The notes beneath the pieces are model-generated. The model did not search any database. It had not been told where the DNA came from and saw nothing but the letters and a program-made list of their open reading frames with translations. Position numbers and translations under genes: made by a program. 64,000 nt of DNA, taken from a virus (Duplodnaviria; Heunggongvirae; Uroviricota; Caudoviricetes). The stretch is taken from IMG/VR virus record IMGVR_UViG_3300028563_000009; one strand, 5' to 3'. Positions 17,681 through 26,188 of the stretch are shown piece after piece. The stretch's first letter is position 1. The number at the start of each line of letters is the position of its first letter.

Positions 17681-17928
17681 TGAAGGCAGTACTCATTGGG
17701 TACGACACAAAGTTTGGGGCGGTAAATGTCACGAGGGAGACACCCTTAGGTACGGAGTTTGAGATAGACTTATCCCAGATTCTAACTTGGAGGATGAGAA
17801 ACGACAGGGATCGTATCACGGTTGACGTTCCTATGGTCATGATTATTTCTCCAGAATCGGAAAAAGGGTGGTTTCCCAAAGAACTTCTACTCATCGAAGG
17901 AGAGACGAATGAAAGCAACGCTCATTAA
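17680..17928 (+). CDS. tandem paralog family 3, copy 2 (82 aa)
   Basis: Shares MKA.LI...G...PLGT.F.....GWFP. Confidence 0.55.
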   Translation: MKAVLIGYDTKFGAVNVTRETPLGTEFEIDLSQILTWRMRNDRDRITVDVPMVMIISPESEKGWFPKELLLIEGETNESNAH

Positions 17929-18205
17929 GAAGGAGAGTCTGGGTGATGTACCCGGAATCAAGGACGAAATTCCTTTGGGGACTGTATACCAAGTGGACCC
18001 AACCAGAATGTCCATCCACTTCCTGCAAAACAAGAAAAGTGGGAAAATAACCCCGGTTCCTTCTATTTGGGCGGACCCCGGAGACGGAGCAAGAGCCGGG
18101 TGGCTTCCATTAGAGTTTCTGAAAATGGAGCCTACCACCGAAGAAGAAATCATGCTGGCGATGGAAGACGGTGTTGAAGACTTTTCACCCAAATACATGA
18201 ACTAG
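17909..18205 (+). CDS. tandem paralog family 3, copy 3 (98 aa)
   Basis: MKATLIKKESLGDVPGIKDEIPLGTVYQVDP..KSGKITPVP..GWLPLEFL. Confidence 0.55.
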   Translation: MKATLIKKESLGDVPGIKDEIPLGTVYQVDPTRMSIHFLQNKKSGKITPVPSIWADPGDGARAGWLPLEFLKMEPTTEEEIMLAMEDGVEDFSPKYMN

Positions 18206-18213
18206 GAGGAAAC

Positions 18214-18669
18214 ATGATTCTTTACCACGGCACTGCCGACGTATACCTTCCGAGTATCCTCAAGGAGGGGTTGAAGCCAAATCCTGATAACGTGTGGAAA
18301 GCCAAATGGCCCTCCGGCGACACCATCGTTTCTACTGAAGAACAAGGGGTAGTCTACCTTACCACCAAGAAAGCAGACGCACAGATGATGGCTGACGCAA
18401 GGGCCAGTTACCTGAAAACAGACAGAGGAGGAAAGTTTCTTTTCACCGCTAAACCGGACCCCTTCGTATTGAGTTTTATAGGGTTCAAGAAGGACGAGGA
18501 CGCTCCTGTGGTGAAAACCGCGAAGCCCGTAATTCTTCGTATTGAGGTCGAGAGTAAAATCTTCCTCAAGCCTGATCCTCACTTCGACAGCGGTAAAGGA
18601 ACTGGATTCATGTACAAGGGATTTATCCCCCCGGAGAAAATCTCGGTGTTGACAAAAAATTCTCGATGA
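18214..18669 (+). CDS. hypothetical protein with N-terminal LYHGT motif (151 aa)
   Basis: AGGAGG RBS. Confidence 0.5.
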   Translation: MILYHGTADVYLPSILKEGLKPNPDNVWKAKWPSGDTIVSTEEQGVVYLTTKKADAQMMADARASYLKTDRGGKFLFTAKPDPFVLSFIGFKKDEDAPVVKTAKPVILRIEVESKIFLKPDPHFDSGKGTGFMYKGFIPPEKISVLTKNSR

Positions 18670-18675
18670 GGTAAA

Positions 18676-18996
18676 GTGAAAATGTGGCGAATCACAACGG
18701 AACACAAAAACATGGGGAAAATCCGGGAGATATTGCTAGCAAACAGCATACCGGATTATACCATGATCCCAGCCGTGGGAAGCTGGAAGGGCGTAGAAGA
18801 GGACTCCTTAATCATTGAGGTATCTGGAGATAACTCCTTTTACCGAATTGCAAAGATAGCCTCCCAAATAGCGATAGAGAACCAACAGGAGAGTGTGATG
18901 ATACAGAGAATCAAAGATCATCCACAATTCATAACCAAAGAAGATTTTGGCATTTACACAGGAGAAGCATGTCTGAACACAAGTACCATTTCGTAG
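18676..18996 (+). CDS. hypothetical protein (106 aa)
   Basis: GAGGT RBS, GTG start. Confidence 0.5.
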   Translation: MKMWRITTEHKNMGKIREILLANSIPDYTMIPAVGSWKGVEEDSLIIEVSGDNSFYRIAKIASQIAIENQQESVMIQRIKDHPQFITKEDFGIYTGEACLNTSTIS

Positions 18997-19343
18997 TCAA
19001 TGAGCAGGATGTGGATTATATTCGCATCCTCCGAGAAGCCCCACGGCAAACTCCGTTTATTCTGGTGGAGGAGAAAACCAGAACCAACCAGCCAAAAGTA
19101 TCCGTACTTCTGGTACATAAGTCCGTTCTCAACAACCCTGAACTTCAGGGCCTTCGGTTGGGAACTGGAGAGGTTTCCCCGACTTGGGGAGGCGATACTG
19201 AGTTGGGAGAGATTGAAAAACTTCACTCCTATCGGTATGTTTGGTACAATAAGAAGTTCCCCGGAATTATCAAGCAGCAGATCGAGGCAATCCGGAGGAC
19301 TCTAAATCCCAAAAACACGAAGGTTGCGGTTACATACCTGTGA
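18969..19343 (+). CDS. hypothetical protein (124 aa)
   Basis: AGGAGAAG RBS. Confidence 0.5.
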   Translation: MSEHKYHFVVNEQDVDYIRILREAPRQTPFILVEEKTRTNQPKVSVLLVHKSVLNNPELQGLRLGTGEVSPTWGGDTELGEIEKLHSYRYVWYNKKFPGIIKQQIEAIRRTLNPKNTKVAVTYL

Positions 19344-19416
19344 TCTTCCGGGGGTTCTCCCCCGTAATGCGGCCATAGACGGTGACAAGCCCGTAAACGC
19401 AGAGTCAGAGGAGAAT

Positions 19417-19674
19417 ATGATTACTACAAAGAAACCACCACTGCAAGTGATGGCGCAGGACCTTCCGGACGGGGCGTACGCTTTAGATTCAAAAGGCGTT
19501 CTAGTCCTCAAGGTGTCGGGAAGGTATTGTTTCCACGAAGGATTGAGGGACTGGGATAGAATCCTTAACATTCCTTCTGCCCAATTCGGAAAATACGGGG
19601 GATCGGACTACTTCACTCCCTTGATTGACAACCAAATCACCATAACCACGAATTCTGAAGCAAAGAATCTGTAA
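19417..19674 (+). CDS. hypothetical protein (85 aa)
   Basis: GAGGAGAAT RBS. Confidence 0.45.
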   Translation: MITTKKPPLQVMAQDLPDGAYALDSKGVLVLKVSGRYCFHEGLRDWDRILNIPSAQFGKYGGSDYFTPLIDNQITITTNSEAKNL

Positions 19675-19679
19675 ACAAC

Positions 19680-19753
19680 GGGTCATTAGCTCAATGCAGA
19701 GCAACGCCCTTTTAAGGCGGAGGTTCTAGGTTCAAACCCCAGATGACCCACCA
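19680..19753 (+). tRNA. tRNA-Lys (anticodon UUU), CCA encoded
   Basis: Acceptor GGGTCAT/ATGACCC, D-arm GCTC..GAGC, anticodon loop CTTTTAA, T-loop TTCAAAC (one stem mismatch). Confidence 0.65.
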
Positions 19754-19755
19754 CC

Positions 19756-19830
19756 GGGGCTATAGCTCAATGGCAGAGCAGGGGACTCATAATCCCTTGG
19801 TTCTAGGTTCGAGTCCTAGTGGCCCCACCA
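19756..19830 (+). tRNA. tRNA-Met (anticodon CAU), CCA encoded
   Basis: Acceptor GGGGCTA/TGGCCCC, D-loop AATGGCA, anticodon loop CTCATAA, T-arm CTAGG-TTCGAGT-CCTAG. Confidence 0.8.
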
Positions 19831-19843
19831 AGAATGGAGAAAA

Positions 19844-20089
19844 ATGGCGAAAGTAAAAGCACAAGCAACTACTGACGAATTTAAGCCGGGGAGAAAGGTA
19901 AAGGACTATGATTATCCCGTCCTTCTCAAATCCACTGAAAGCGACTTGTTAGTGGTTAAATTGTCGAATAGCGTAGTATTCGCTATTTCAAGCAGTGGGA
20001 GAGTCACTGCTTACGACGAGCCGGAGACCTACGGAGATTTGTACTTGCCCGTAAATGGCACTATCGTTTTAACTTTCACGAACGACTAA
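19844..20089 (+). CDS. hypothetical protein between tRNA genes (81 aa)
   Basis: GGAGAAAA RBS. Confidence 0.5.
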   Translation: MAKVKAQATTDEFKPGRKVKDYDYPVLLKSTESDLLVVKLSNSVVFAISSSGRVTAYDEPETYGDLYLPVNGTIVLTFTND

Positions 20090-20093
20090 CCGT

Positions 20094-20171
20094 GGTCCCG
20101 TAGCTCAGATGGATTAGAGCATCTGCCTTCTAAGCAGAGGGTCGCAGGTTCGAGTCCTGCCGGGACCACCA
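20094..20171 (+). tRNA. tRNA-Arg (anticodon UCU), CCA encoded
   Basis: Acceptor GGTCCCG/CGGGACC, anticodon stem TCTGC/GCAGA loop CTTCTAA, T-arm GCAGG-TTCGAGT-CCTGC. Confidence 0.8.
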
Positions 20172-20190
20172 AGACAAGCGAAGGAGGAGG

Positions 20191-20289
20191 ATGAGCAAAT
20201 CTCCAAAGTTGAAATGGACGCCCTCTCTAGAGCGCAGACTCGCTGATCTCATCGAGAGCAACCCCCCGAAATTGTACAAGGAGGAATAA
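20191..20289 (+). CDS. small hypothetical protein (32 aa)
   Basis: Strong AAGGAGGAGG RBS; TAATG into next gene. Confidence 0.4.
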   Translation: MSKSPKLKWTPSLERRLADLIESNPPKLYKEE

Positions 20290-21239
20290 TGTCAGTTAGT
20301 TTCATCGAGGAAGCAGGAGTAGAACGGACAGCCAATGGAGGCTACACCGTACTCCCTGAGAATGTGATCCTAAAACCCGAACTCAGCGGGAGAAGCGAAG
20401 AAACAGATGTGACGGAGTTAGCAGAAGACATTCAACACAGGGAACAGTTGGTTCCGGCTGTCTGCTACAAGGATGAAGATGGGTGGCCTGTACTTATCGC
20501 TGGCCATCGCCGCATCCGGGCGATTATGCTCCTGAATAAGGGAGTAAAAGACCCCGAAAAGAAAACCCGGCTCAAGTTTAACTACAGTAAAGTGAAAGAC
20601 TTGGAAGAGGCTCTCGACATTACTGTGGCTGAAAACCGGAACCGGACAGACACAAACTCTTTGGATGACGCTTACAACATTAGCGTTTATACCAATCGCT
20701 TTGGGAAGGGTTTGGAGGAAATCGCCAAGAAGTACTTCCCCGGCGCGGCCAGTGACGTGAAGAAGTTGGCTTCAGCCGTTCAATGGGTGAAGGATAGACA
20801 GAAGCTTCTGGAACTCTCCCCCGAAGCTCAGGAAAAACTGAGAAAAGGAGAATTCTCAACCTCTGCTGCTCAGCAATTGGCCAAACTACAGCCAACAGAG
20901 CAGAACAAACTTCTGACCAAAAAAGCAGAAGAGGGGAAGAAGCTGAAGGTAAACGATGCCAAGGAAGCTGTTGCTGCGCGAAAGCCTGAACGCAATATCT
21001 CGGACAAGTCTCCAGCGAAGTTGCTGAAAAGGTTCAAGATTCTCGCGGAAGTGGCCGGTGCTCTGGCGGCAGAAGACATGGCGAAGGACTTCAAACGCTC
21101 TCGTGATCCGGAAATGGTTAAGGAGTTTGCTCCGCAGCTTCTGGTCATGTGCTACCGTCTAGGGGTGGAGCTTGAACCACACTCCCTCAAGTGGGCGGAG
21201 CAGAACAAGAGCATCAAGACTGCGATGGATAACGTTTAG
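20289..21239 (+). CDS. ParB-like nuclease/partition domain protein (316 aa)
   Basis: ParB N-domain signature VLIAGHRRIRA; Lys-rich helical C-terminus. Confidence 0.6.
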   Translation: MSVSFIEEAGVERTANGGYTVLPENVILKPELSGRSEETDVTELAEDIQHREQLVPAVCYKDEDGWPVLIAGHRRIRAIMLLNKGVKDPEKKTRLKFNYSKVKDLEEALDITVAENRNRTDTNSLDDAYNISVYTNRFGKGLEEIAKKYFPGAASDVKKLASAVQWVKDRQKLLELSPEAQEKLRKGEFSTSAAQQLAKLQPTEQNKLLTKKAEEGKKLKVNDAKEAVAARKPERNISDKSPAKLLKRFKILAEVAGALAAEDMAKDFKRSRDPEMVKEFAPQLLVMCYRLGVELEPHSLKWAEQNKSIKTAMDNV

Positions 21240-21246
21240 GGGGTAA

Positions 21247-21630
21247 ATGGGTGTATCAACTGTACTAAAAGAACAGTTGTATATAAGACAAAGTGGTAAG
21301 TGCTTCTGGTGCGGGAGGGATATGGCTCCTTTAGATGTATTCCCTCCCAATCCATTAGCAGCCACGGTTGACCATGTGATCCCTAAGGCGGCAACCAGAA
21401 ACTTTAACACGTCTTTCCGAGCGGCTTGTAACGAGTGTAACAATTTACGAAGTGTGTTCAATCCCGGTAGTTACCAAAAAGAAAAGGAAGACCGGGTTGA
21501 AACTATCCGAAAACAAACGGAAGAAATAGCAAGACTTCGCAAACTAGCATACGATCTACAAACCGAACTGGATAGATTAACCCACCGTAACTGGTGGCAG
21601 AAATTTACGAATTGGAGAAAAAATGAGTAG
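21247..21630 (+). CDS. HNH endonuclease (127 aa)
   Basis: CFWCG..VDHVIPK..N..ACNECN. Confidence 0.65.
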   Translation: MGVSTVLKEQLYIRQSGKCFWCGRDMAPLDVFPPNPLAATVDHVIPKAATRNFNTSFRAACNECNNLRSVFNPGSYQKEKEDRVETIRKQTEEIARLRKLAYDLQTELDRLTHRNWWQKFTNWRKNE

Positions 21631-22102
21631 GAAAAACAAAGCAAACCGCGAAGGCATTCTTAGCCTTGCTGACGATCTCATCAAACATGCTCGACTCTAC
21701 AACCAAGAGGTATATGGGAATATTGAGCCTTGTGGCACCGTACGCTGCATGGCTGGGCAGTGTCTGGCCAACGAGATAGGGTCCAAGGAGTTTATCAAAA
21801 GAGTCAAAGCAGGAGAATCCCTATGGCCAGATGCAGTGGAGGCAGGAAAAAGGCAGTTGGGCCTTAGTTTGGCAAAGCACAAACACCCTTTGATCTTCTT
21901 GGATCATTATTCGTGGCCTAATGACCTCACACATGAGTATAACGAGGCCAAGACCAACATCGGAAAGGTTATCGCTGCCCTCAAGGCCCTTTCCCGTCTT
22001 CGTATCGACGGCACCATTAGTTCCAAGGTGCAAACCCGCATCCCTCAACTAACCGCGCTTCTGAAGGACCAGAAGGCACCAGCAAAGAAGGGAAGAAAAT
22101 GA
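21623..22102 (+). CDS. hypothetical protein with PCGTVRCMAGQ motif (related to 6518/7091), 159 aa
   Basis: ORF; shared L..YNQ.V....CGT..C.AG pattern. Confidence 0.5.
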   Translation: MSRKNKANREGILSLADDLIKHARLYNQEVYGNIEPCGTVRCMAGQCLANEIGSKEFIKRVKAGESLWPDAVEAGKRQLGLSLAKHKHPLIFLDHYSWPNDLTHEYNEAKTNIGKVIAALKALSRLRIDGTISSKVQTRIPQLTALLKDQKAPAKKGRK

Positions 22103-22311
22103 GGAAATTAACGGAAGAGTATCGCCAAAAATCAGCAGAGACGTTGAAGAAGAAGTACCCCGACTTTACGGACGAGGTTCGGCTTCAGCTTGTCGATGAC
22201 TACTGGTGGTGGTATAATCAGGGGGTGGACGAGACGACGGAGAAGATTCTGACTACCGTCCTTCGAAAAATGACAGATAAAGAAACCCCCAAACCAACCC
22301 CAGTAAACTAA
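22099..22311 (+). CDS. hypothetical protein (70 aa)
   Basis: ATGA coupling. Confidence 0.5.
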   Translation: MRKLTEEYRQKSAETLKKKYPDFTDEVRLQLVDDYWWWYNQGVDETTEKILTTVLRKMTDKETPKPTPVN

Positions 22312-22595
22312 TCCTTCGGAGGTTCTTCCACCGGGTGTCCCTTAAAGACGCCCGGTTTTTTTGTGCCTTTAAGTGCCTCAATAATGGCCTTTTCTTTGTC
22401 CGTCTTGCGACGAGGGGATGGGCGAAGGGGGATAGCCTCAAGCGAGAGCTTCGCGGCCTGTAGACGCTCCGCAATCGAGGCGTCCGGGTCCTCCAATATG
22501 CCTGCCAATGCGGAGAGCAGCCGATTAGGATACGAATGCCCACGTTTCTTTTTGGTTCTCTTTGGTTCTGTTTCAGGATTACTTTTTTCTAACAT
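22308..22595 (-). CDS. basic ORF immediately downstream, likely frameshifted C-terminal DNA-binding part of the GIY-YIG enzyme
   Basis: +1 frame relative to 22579..23055, junction at A6 run; K/R rich; combined length ~250 aa like I-TevI. Confidence 0.35.
   Translation of the reverse strand: MLEKSNPETEPKRTKKKRGHSYPNRLLSALAGILEDPDASIAERLQAAKLSLEAIPLRPSPRRKTDKEKAIIEALKGTKKPGVFKGHPVEEPPKD
22331..22362 (+). terminator. rho-independent terminator
   Basis: CCGGGTGTC-ccttaaa-GACGCCCGG + T7. Confidence 0.75.
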
Positions 22596-23055
22596 CGCTT
22601 CTTCTTAGATACCCCTCTTCAATCAACACATTTTCGTAGATCATTCTTTCTCCTTCCGGAATTTTAAAAATATCATAGTCTATGAAACGCTTCAGAGATT
22701 TATTCTTGGCCATGTTCCTTATTAACCCGCGCACTTCGTCCTTGGTATACTTACCAGTGTCGGGGTACCCCCTGTGGGTTCCCCCAGCGTGCCTATTGTA
22801 TCCTAGAGATTTTCTACGGGTTCCTAAAAAAGATATAAAAAACTTCTCCGCTCTGTTCATGGCCTCGAAACTAGGGCATTCACACAAAGCCTCGATGGTA
22901 AAAGCTTCCTTTCCGTAGCGATAAATGTCGTCCTCAAGCTCCTTGTTTGGCCGGTAGTAACAGTGCATTCTCCATCTTTCGTACAGAGGCATGATGGTTT
23001 GACCCACGTACCTCTTGCCGTTTTCTTTGCAGGTTATTAAGTATATGGTTTTCAT
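22579..23055 (-). CDS. GIY-YIG homing endonuclease catalytic domain (158 aa)
   Basis: KTIYLITCKENGKRYVGQT (GIY..YIG), conserved R/E/N; minus strand inside + strand block, AT-rich. Confidence 0.7.
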   Translation of the reverse strand: MKTIYLITCKENGKRYVGQTIMPLYERWRMHCYYRPNKELEDDIYRYGKEAFTIEALCECPSFEAMNRAEKFFISFLGTRRKSLGYNRHAGGTHRGYPDTGKYTKDEVRGLIRNMAKNKSLKRFIDYDIFKIPEGERMIYENVLIEEGYLRRSDVRKK

Positions 23056-23176
23056 AACTCTCTTGTCTCAGTTAGGATGCCTCAAGCTCCGCTTTCGGCG
23101 TCAGTAAAGGAGAGCATCGTCGGCCTCCCGGCCTCCTCAAGCTCTTAACTATTTGCTATTATACTATCTTAACTGC

Positions 23177-23215
23177 GGGGGGTTCGGGGGGTGTTCTGCA
23201 ACCCCCCGTCACTTC
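23177..23215. other. strong GC hairpin (9-bp stem CGGGGGGTT/AACCCCCCG)
   Basis: No flanking U-run on either strand. Confidence 0.6.
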
Positions 23216-23426
23216 TCCAGCTAAGAAAGAACAAAAATAGTTGAGAGAGGCAGAGCCGAACTCGAATAGAGCCGCTGAGCGGAGCGAAGCATCCTATAGA
23301 GGAGTTACTTGCCTTCTGATTTCCTTCTAACTGTACATACTTTAGCATGACTTTTCGCAAAAGTCAATAGTTTGTAACACAATTTTAACAATTGACTCGA
23401 AATAAATTGTGTGTCATACTGGATTC

Positions 23427-23615
23427 ATGATTCCCAAAAGGGTAGTGTTTGAAAAATTTGAACCAGATACAAGTTTCAGTATATTGAAGCGTAGGCAAAA
23501 GAGGGCGTACGCATCCGGCTCCGCGCTGGCCAATCATGCGAAGGTTTGCCACAAGGGTATTTTCGACCCTCTATGCGCGGCTTGCCGGGAGTTGAAGGAG
23601 AAATCTAAGTCATGA
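23427..23615 (+). CDS. small Cys/His-rich protein (62 aa; alt GTG 23409)
   Basis: HAKVCHKGIFDPLCAAC. Confidence 0.4.
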   Translation: MIPKRVVFEKFEPDTSFSILKRRQKRAYASGSALANHAKVCHKGIFDPLCAACRELKEKSKS

Positions 23616-24637
23616 CAGAACTTGAACTTGTGCACAAACGTCTGCTGGCGGCGGTGACGGTAGAGGAAGTGTTCGGGATGGGTTCCCCCGCCAAGACCGT
23701 GTTCCGGCAGTTAGCTAAGGTCGTACACCCTGACCAGAACCCCGGTAATCCCCTCTCTAAGGCGGCGTTTGAACTTCTGACGCAGTTGTATAGGGAAGCG
23801 GAAGACAGAGCCAAGGAGGGCACCTACGGCCTCAACAAGACTGTCTGGTGGAAGACCCCGATTACGATTGGGGCGTACGAGGTATCGAAGTTTCCCATCA
23901 GCGGTAGTATATGCGACCTGTACGAGGGGAAGGACGTGTTTGTCAAGGTGGCTAGAAACCATGACGATAACGATCTTCTCCGCGCAGAGAGGGAGGCTCT
24001 TGGTATTCTAACCAGAGTCATGCCGCCTGTGAGGGATGGGATACCTGTGCTCCGAGATTCCTTTTCCATTTCCGGAAGATTTAAGCGCAACGCCAACGTT
24101 ATCAATAAGATGCAAGGGTTCTTGACTTTAGAAGAGGTTAAGCGTAGAGTGAAATCTGACCCGCGAATGCTGGTTTGGTTGTTCAAGCGGACTTTGATCC
24201 TGTTGGGATGGGCGCACAATTTGGGCGTGATTCACGGCGCAGTTTTGCCGCCACATATAATGGTGTTTCCGGACAACGCAACGCCGGACCGAGACGCGAG
24301 AAAACACACAATCCGTTTAATCGATTGGTGTTACTCCGTCGGTAAAGATAGAACTAGGTTAAGCGCCTTGGTGCCGGAGTATGAGTCTTTTTACGCCCCG
24401 GAGATTTTAGACCGTAAGCTCACCACGTCTTCGGATGTGTACGCGGCGGCGAAGACGATACAGTTCTTGGGGGAAGTTCCAGACCCTCTCTCGAAGATTT
24501 TAGAGAGGGCACTTGACAAAACACCGAGTAAGCGGTATAAAAATACTAACGAGATTTTTAACGAGTGGGTTGTAGCGGCAGAGGCCGCATACGGCCCTCC
24601 GAGTTGGAGCAAGTTCGAAGTACCAGAGGAGAAATAA
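23612..24637 (+). CDS. J-domain (DnaJ HPD) fused to protein-kinase-like domain (341 aa)
   Basis: FRQLAKVVHPDQNPGNP..FELLTQLYREA = J domain; VFVKVAR, LRAEREAL, IHGAVLPPHIMV (degenerate HRD loop), IDWCYS (DFG-like), FYAPE, SDVYAAAKT. Confidence 0.55.
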   Translation: MTELELVHKRLLAAVTVEEVFGMGSPAKTVFRQLAKVVHPDQNPGNPLSKAAFELLTQLYREAEDRAKEGTYGLNKTVWWKTPITIGAYEVSKFPISGSICDLYEGKDVFVKVARNHDDNDLLRAEREALGILTRVMPPVRDGIPVLRDSFSISGRFKRNANVINKMQGFLTLEEVKRRVKSDPRMLVWLFKRTLILLGWAHNLGVIHGAVLPPHIMVFPDNATPDRDARKHTIRLIDWCYSVGKDRTRLSALVPEYESFYAPEILDRKLTTSSDVYAAAKTIQFLGEVPDPLSKILERALDKTPSKRYKNTNEIFNEWVVAAEAAYGPPSWSKFEVPEEK

Positions 24638-25224
24638 TGTTTGGTTGGGGAAAAGAAAACATGGGCAGTCAAGAGCCGGAGTATCCAGAGACAGTAATAG
24701 TAGAGGAACCACCTAAGCCAGAACCAGAAAAGGTTCCGGACCCACAGACGTACGAGGCAAAACCCGATCTTTCTTCGTTAGAACTTGAGGAATACCTCAA
24801 AGTCTGTGAAGAGATTGGACTTACAAATAACGCAGACGTAATATCGCAAAAACTTCTTTGTTGCTTCAAAGAGGAAAACATTCATGTATACAATGGTTCA
24901 CAGGTTGTTAATTACCTAGATAAGGAACTCGGAGATACGTGGCAGTGGAGAGGGTTGCGCGACTCGGATGTAGAGCATCTTGCAGGCTGGTCGCAAGATT
25001 ACAAAAACGCGAGAGATGTTAGTTTCTCAGATAGAAAATATAACGGAGCTATTCCTCTTCCTGTTCTTCTCACAGTGAAGAAGATAATGAAGGCAGTTCC
25101 GGAAGCTCACTTCTATGTTTCTGCTACCGAAGAGGACGGGGACCCTTTCCTTTCTGTGGCGCATAGAAATTCGCCTACATACATAGTCGAACGATGGAAC
25201 GAACCGGGATTCAGAGAAAGATAA
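24637..25224 (+). CDS. hypothetical protein with Pro/Glu-rich N-terminus (195 aa)
   Basis: TAATG coupling, GAGGAG RBS. Confidence 0.5.
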   Translation: MFGWGKENMGSQEPEYPETVIVEEPPKPEPEKVPDPQTYEAKPDLSSLELEEYLKVCEEIGLTNNADVISQKLLCCFKEENIHVYNGSQVVNYLDKELGDTWQWRGLRDSDVEHLAGWSQDYKNARDVSFSDRKYNGAIPLPVLLTVKKIMKAVPEAHFYVSATEEDGDPFLSVAHRNSPTYIVERWNEPGFRER

Positions 25225-25234
25225 AGGAGAAATA

Positions 25235-26188
25235 ATGGGCGGTGGTAGTTGGGATACACATTCATACACGTCTAATGCGGCAGACCGTAAGGCCAACAAA
25301 GTAGACGACTTCGCATACACACGCAGCGCAACCAAGGTTCACAAGAATCTCGATCCGCTGAGGATCAACAAGAAGGCAGATTCGAAACTGGAGTCTAGGG
25401 ATAGCAAGGAACATCCTAACTCGACGCCGGTTCTGATTAGCTTCGATGTGACTGGCAGCAATATCAACAGGGCTGTCGTGGCTCAGAAGAAGCTTCCGGC
25501 TCTGATGGACCTTCTCAAGAAGTATCTTCCGGATGCTCAGGTGGCATTCGCGGCTAACGATGATTACAAGGTGGAAGGCACCAATAGCATCCAGATTTCT
25601 GAGTTCGAGTCTGACAACAGAGCGGACGACCATCTTAGAAAGATTTGGTTGGTTGGGAACGGTGGCGGGAATTCGCAAGAGAGCTATGAGTTGATTCTGT
25701 ACGCGGCTGCTAGAAAGGTTTCTCTAGACTCCATCGACAAACGCGGTAAAAAAGGATACCTGTTCATGTATGCCGACGAGCGCATTCCTACTTCTGTCCT
25801 CAAGGGAGAAGTAAAGGATGTTTTCGGTGACGCACTGGAAGCAGATATTCCGGTTAAGGAAATCATCGAGGAAGCGCAACGCAACTTCAATGTGTTCCTT
25901 CTCTGGCCCCACGGTGGATACATTCCCGATGCGCGTGCTCAGTATGAAAAACTGTTCGGGGAAGACAACGTGATTACCCTCGAAGACCCAAGTCTTATTT
26001 GCGAAGTCATCGCAAGTACCATCGGGTTGTTCGAAGATCGCGCTACTCCTGCCTCGCTGGTTACTGACCTCGTTGCGGTTGGAGTGAGCGACAAGGACGC
26101 TAAGGCAGTCTCTAAGTCCCTCAAGAAGATTGAGAAGGGTGAGGAGTTAGCGGTAGCGGGTGGCGGAAAGAAGGCGAAGAGAGTATGA
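25235..26188 (+). CDS. von Willebrand factor A (vWA) domain protein (317 aa)
   Basis: MIDAS-like FDVTGS .. Lys-rich tail. Confidence 0.55.
   Translation: MGGGSWDTHSYTSNAADRKANKVDDFAYTRSATKVHKNLDPLRINKKADSKLESRDSKEHPNSTPVLISFDVTGSNINRAVVAQKKLPALMDLLKKYLPDAQVAFAANDDYKVEGTNSIQISEFESDNRADDHLRKIWLVGNGGGNSQESYELILYAAARKVSLDSIDKRGKKGYLFMYADERIPTSVLKGEVKDVFGDALEADIPVKEIIEEAQRNFNVFLLWPHGGYIPDARAQYEKLFGEDNVITLEDPSLICEVIASTIGLFEDRATPASLVTDLVAVGVSDKDAKAVSKSLKKIEKGEELAVAGGGKKAKRV

Noticed and set aside
25262-25678. Antisense ORFs inside long + strand genes (also 30723-31130, 32045-32644, 36514-36855, 57153-57683, 59030-59431)
   Set aside because: No RBS, and they lie opposite well-supported genes with domain motifs. 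Typical antisense artefacts.
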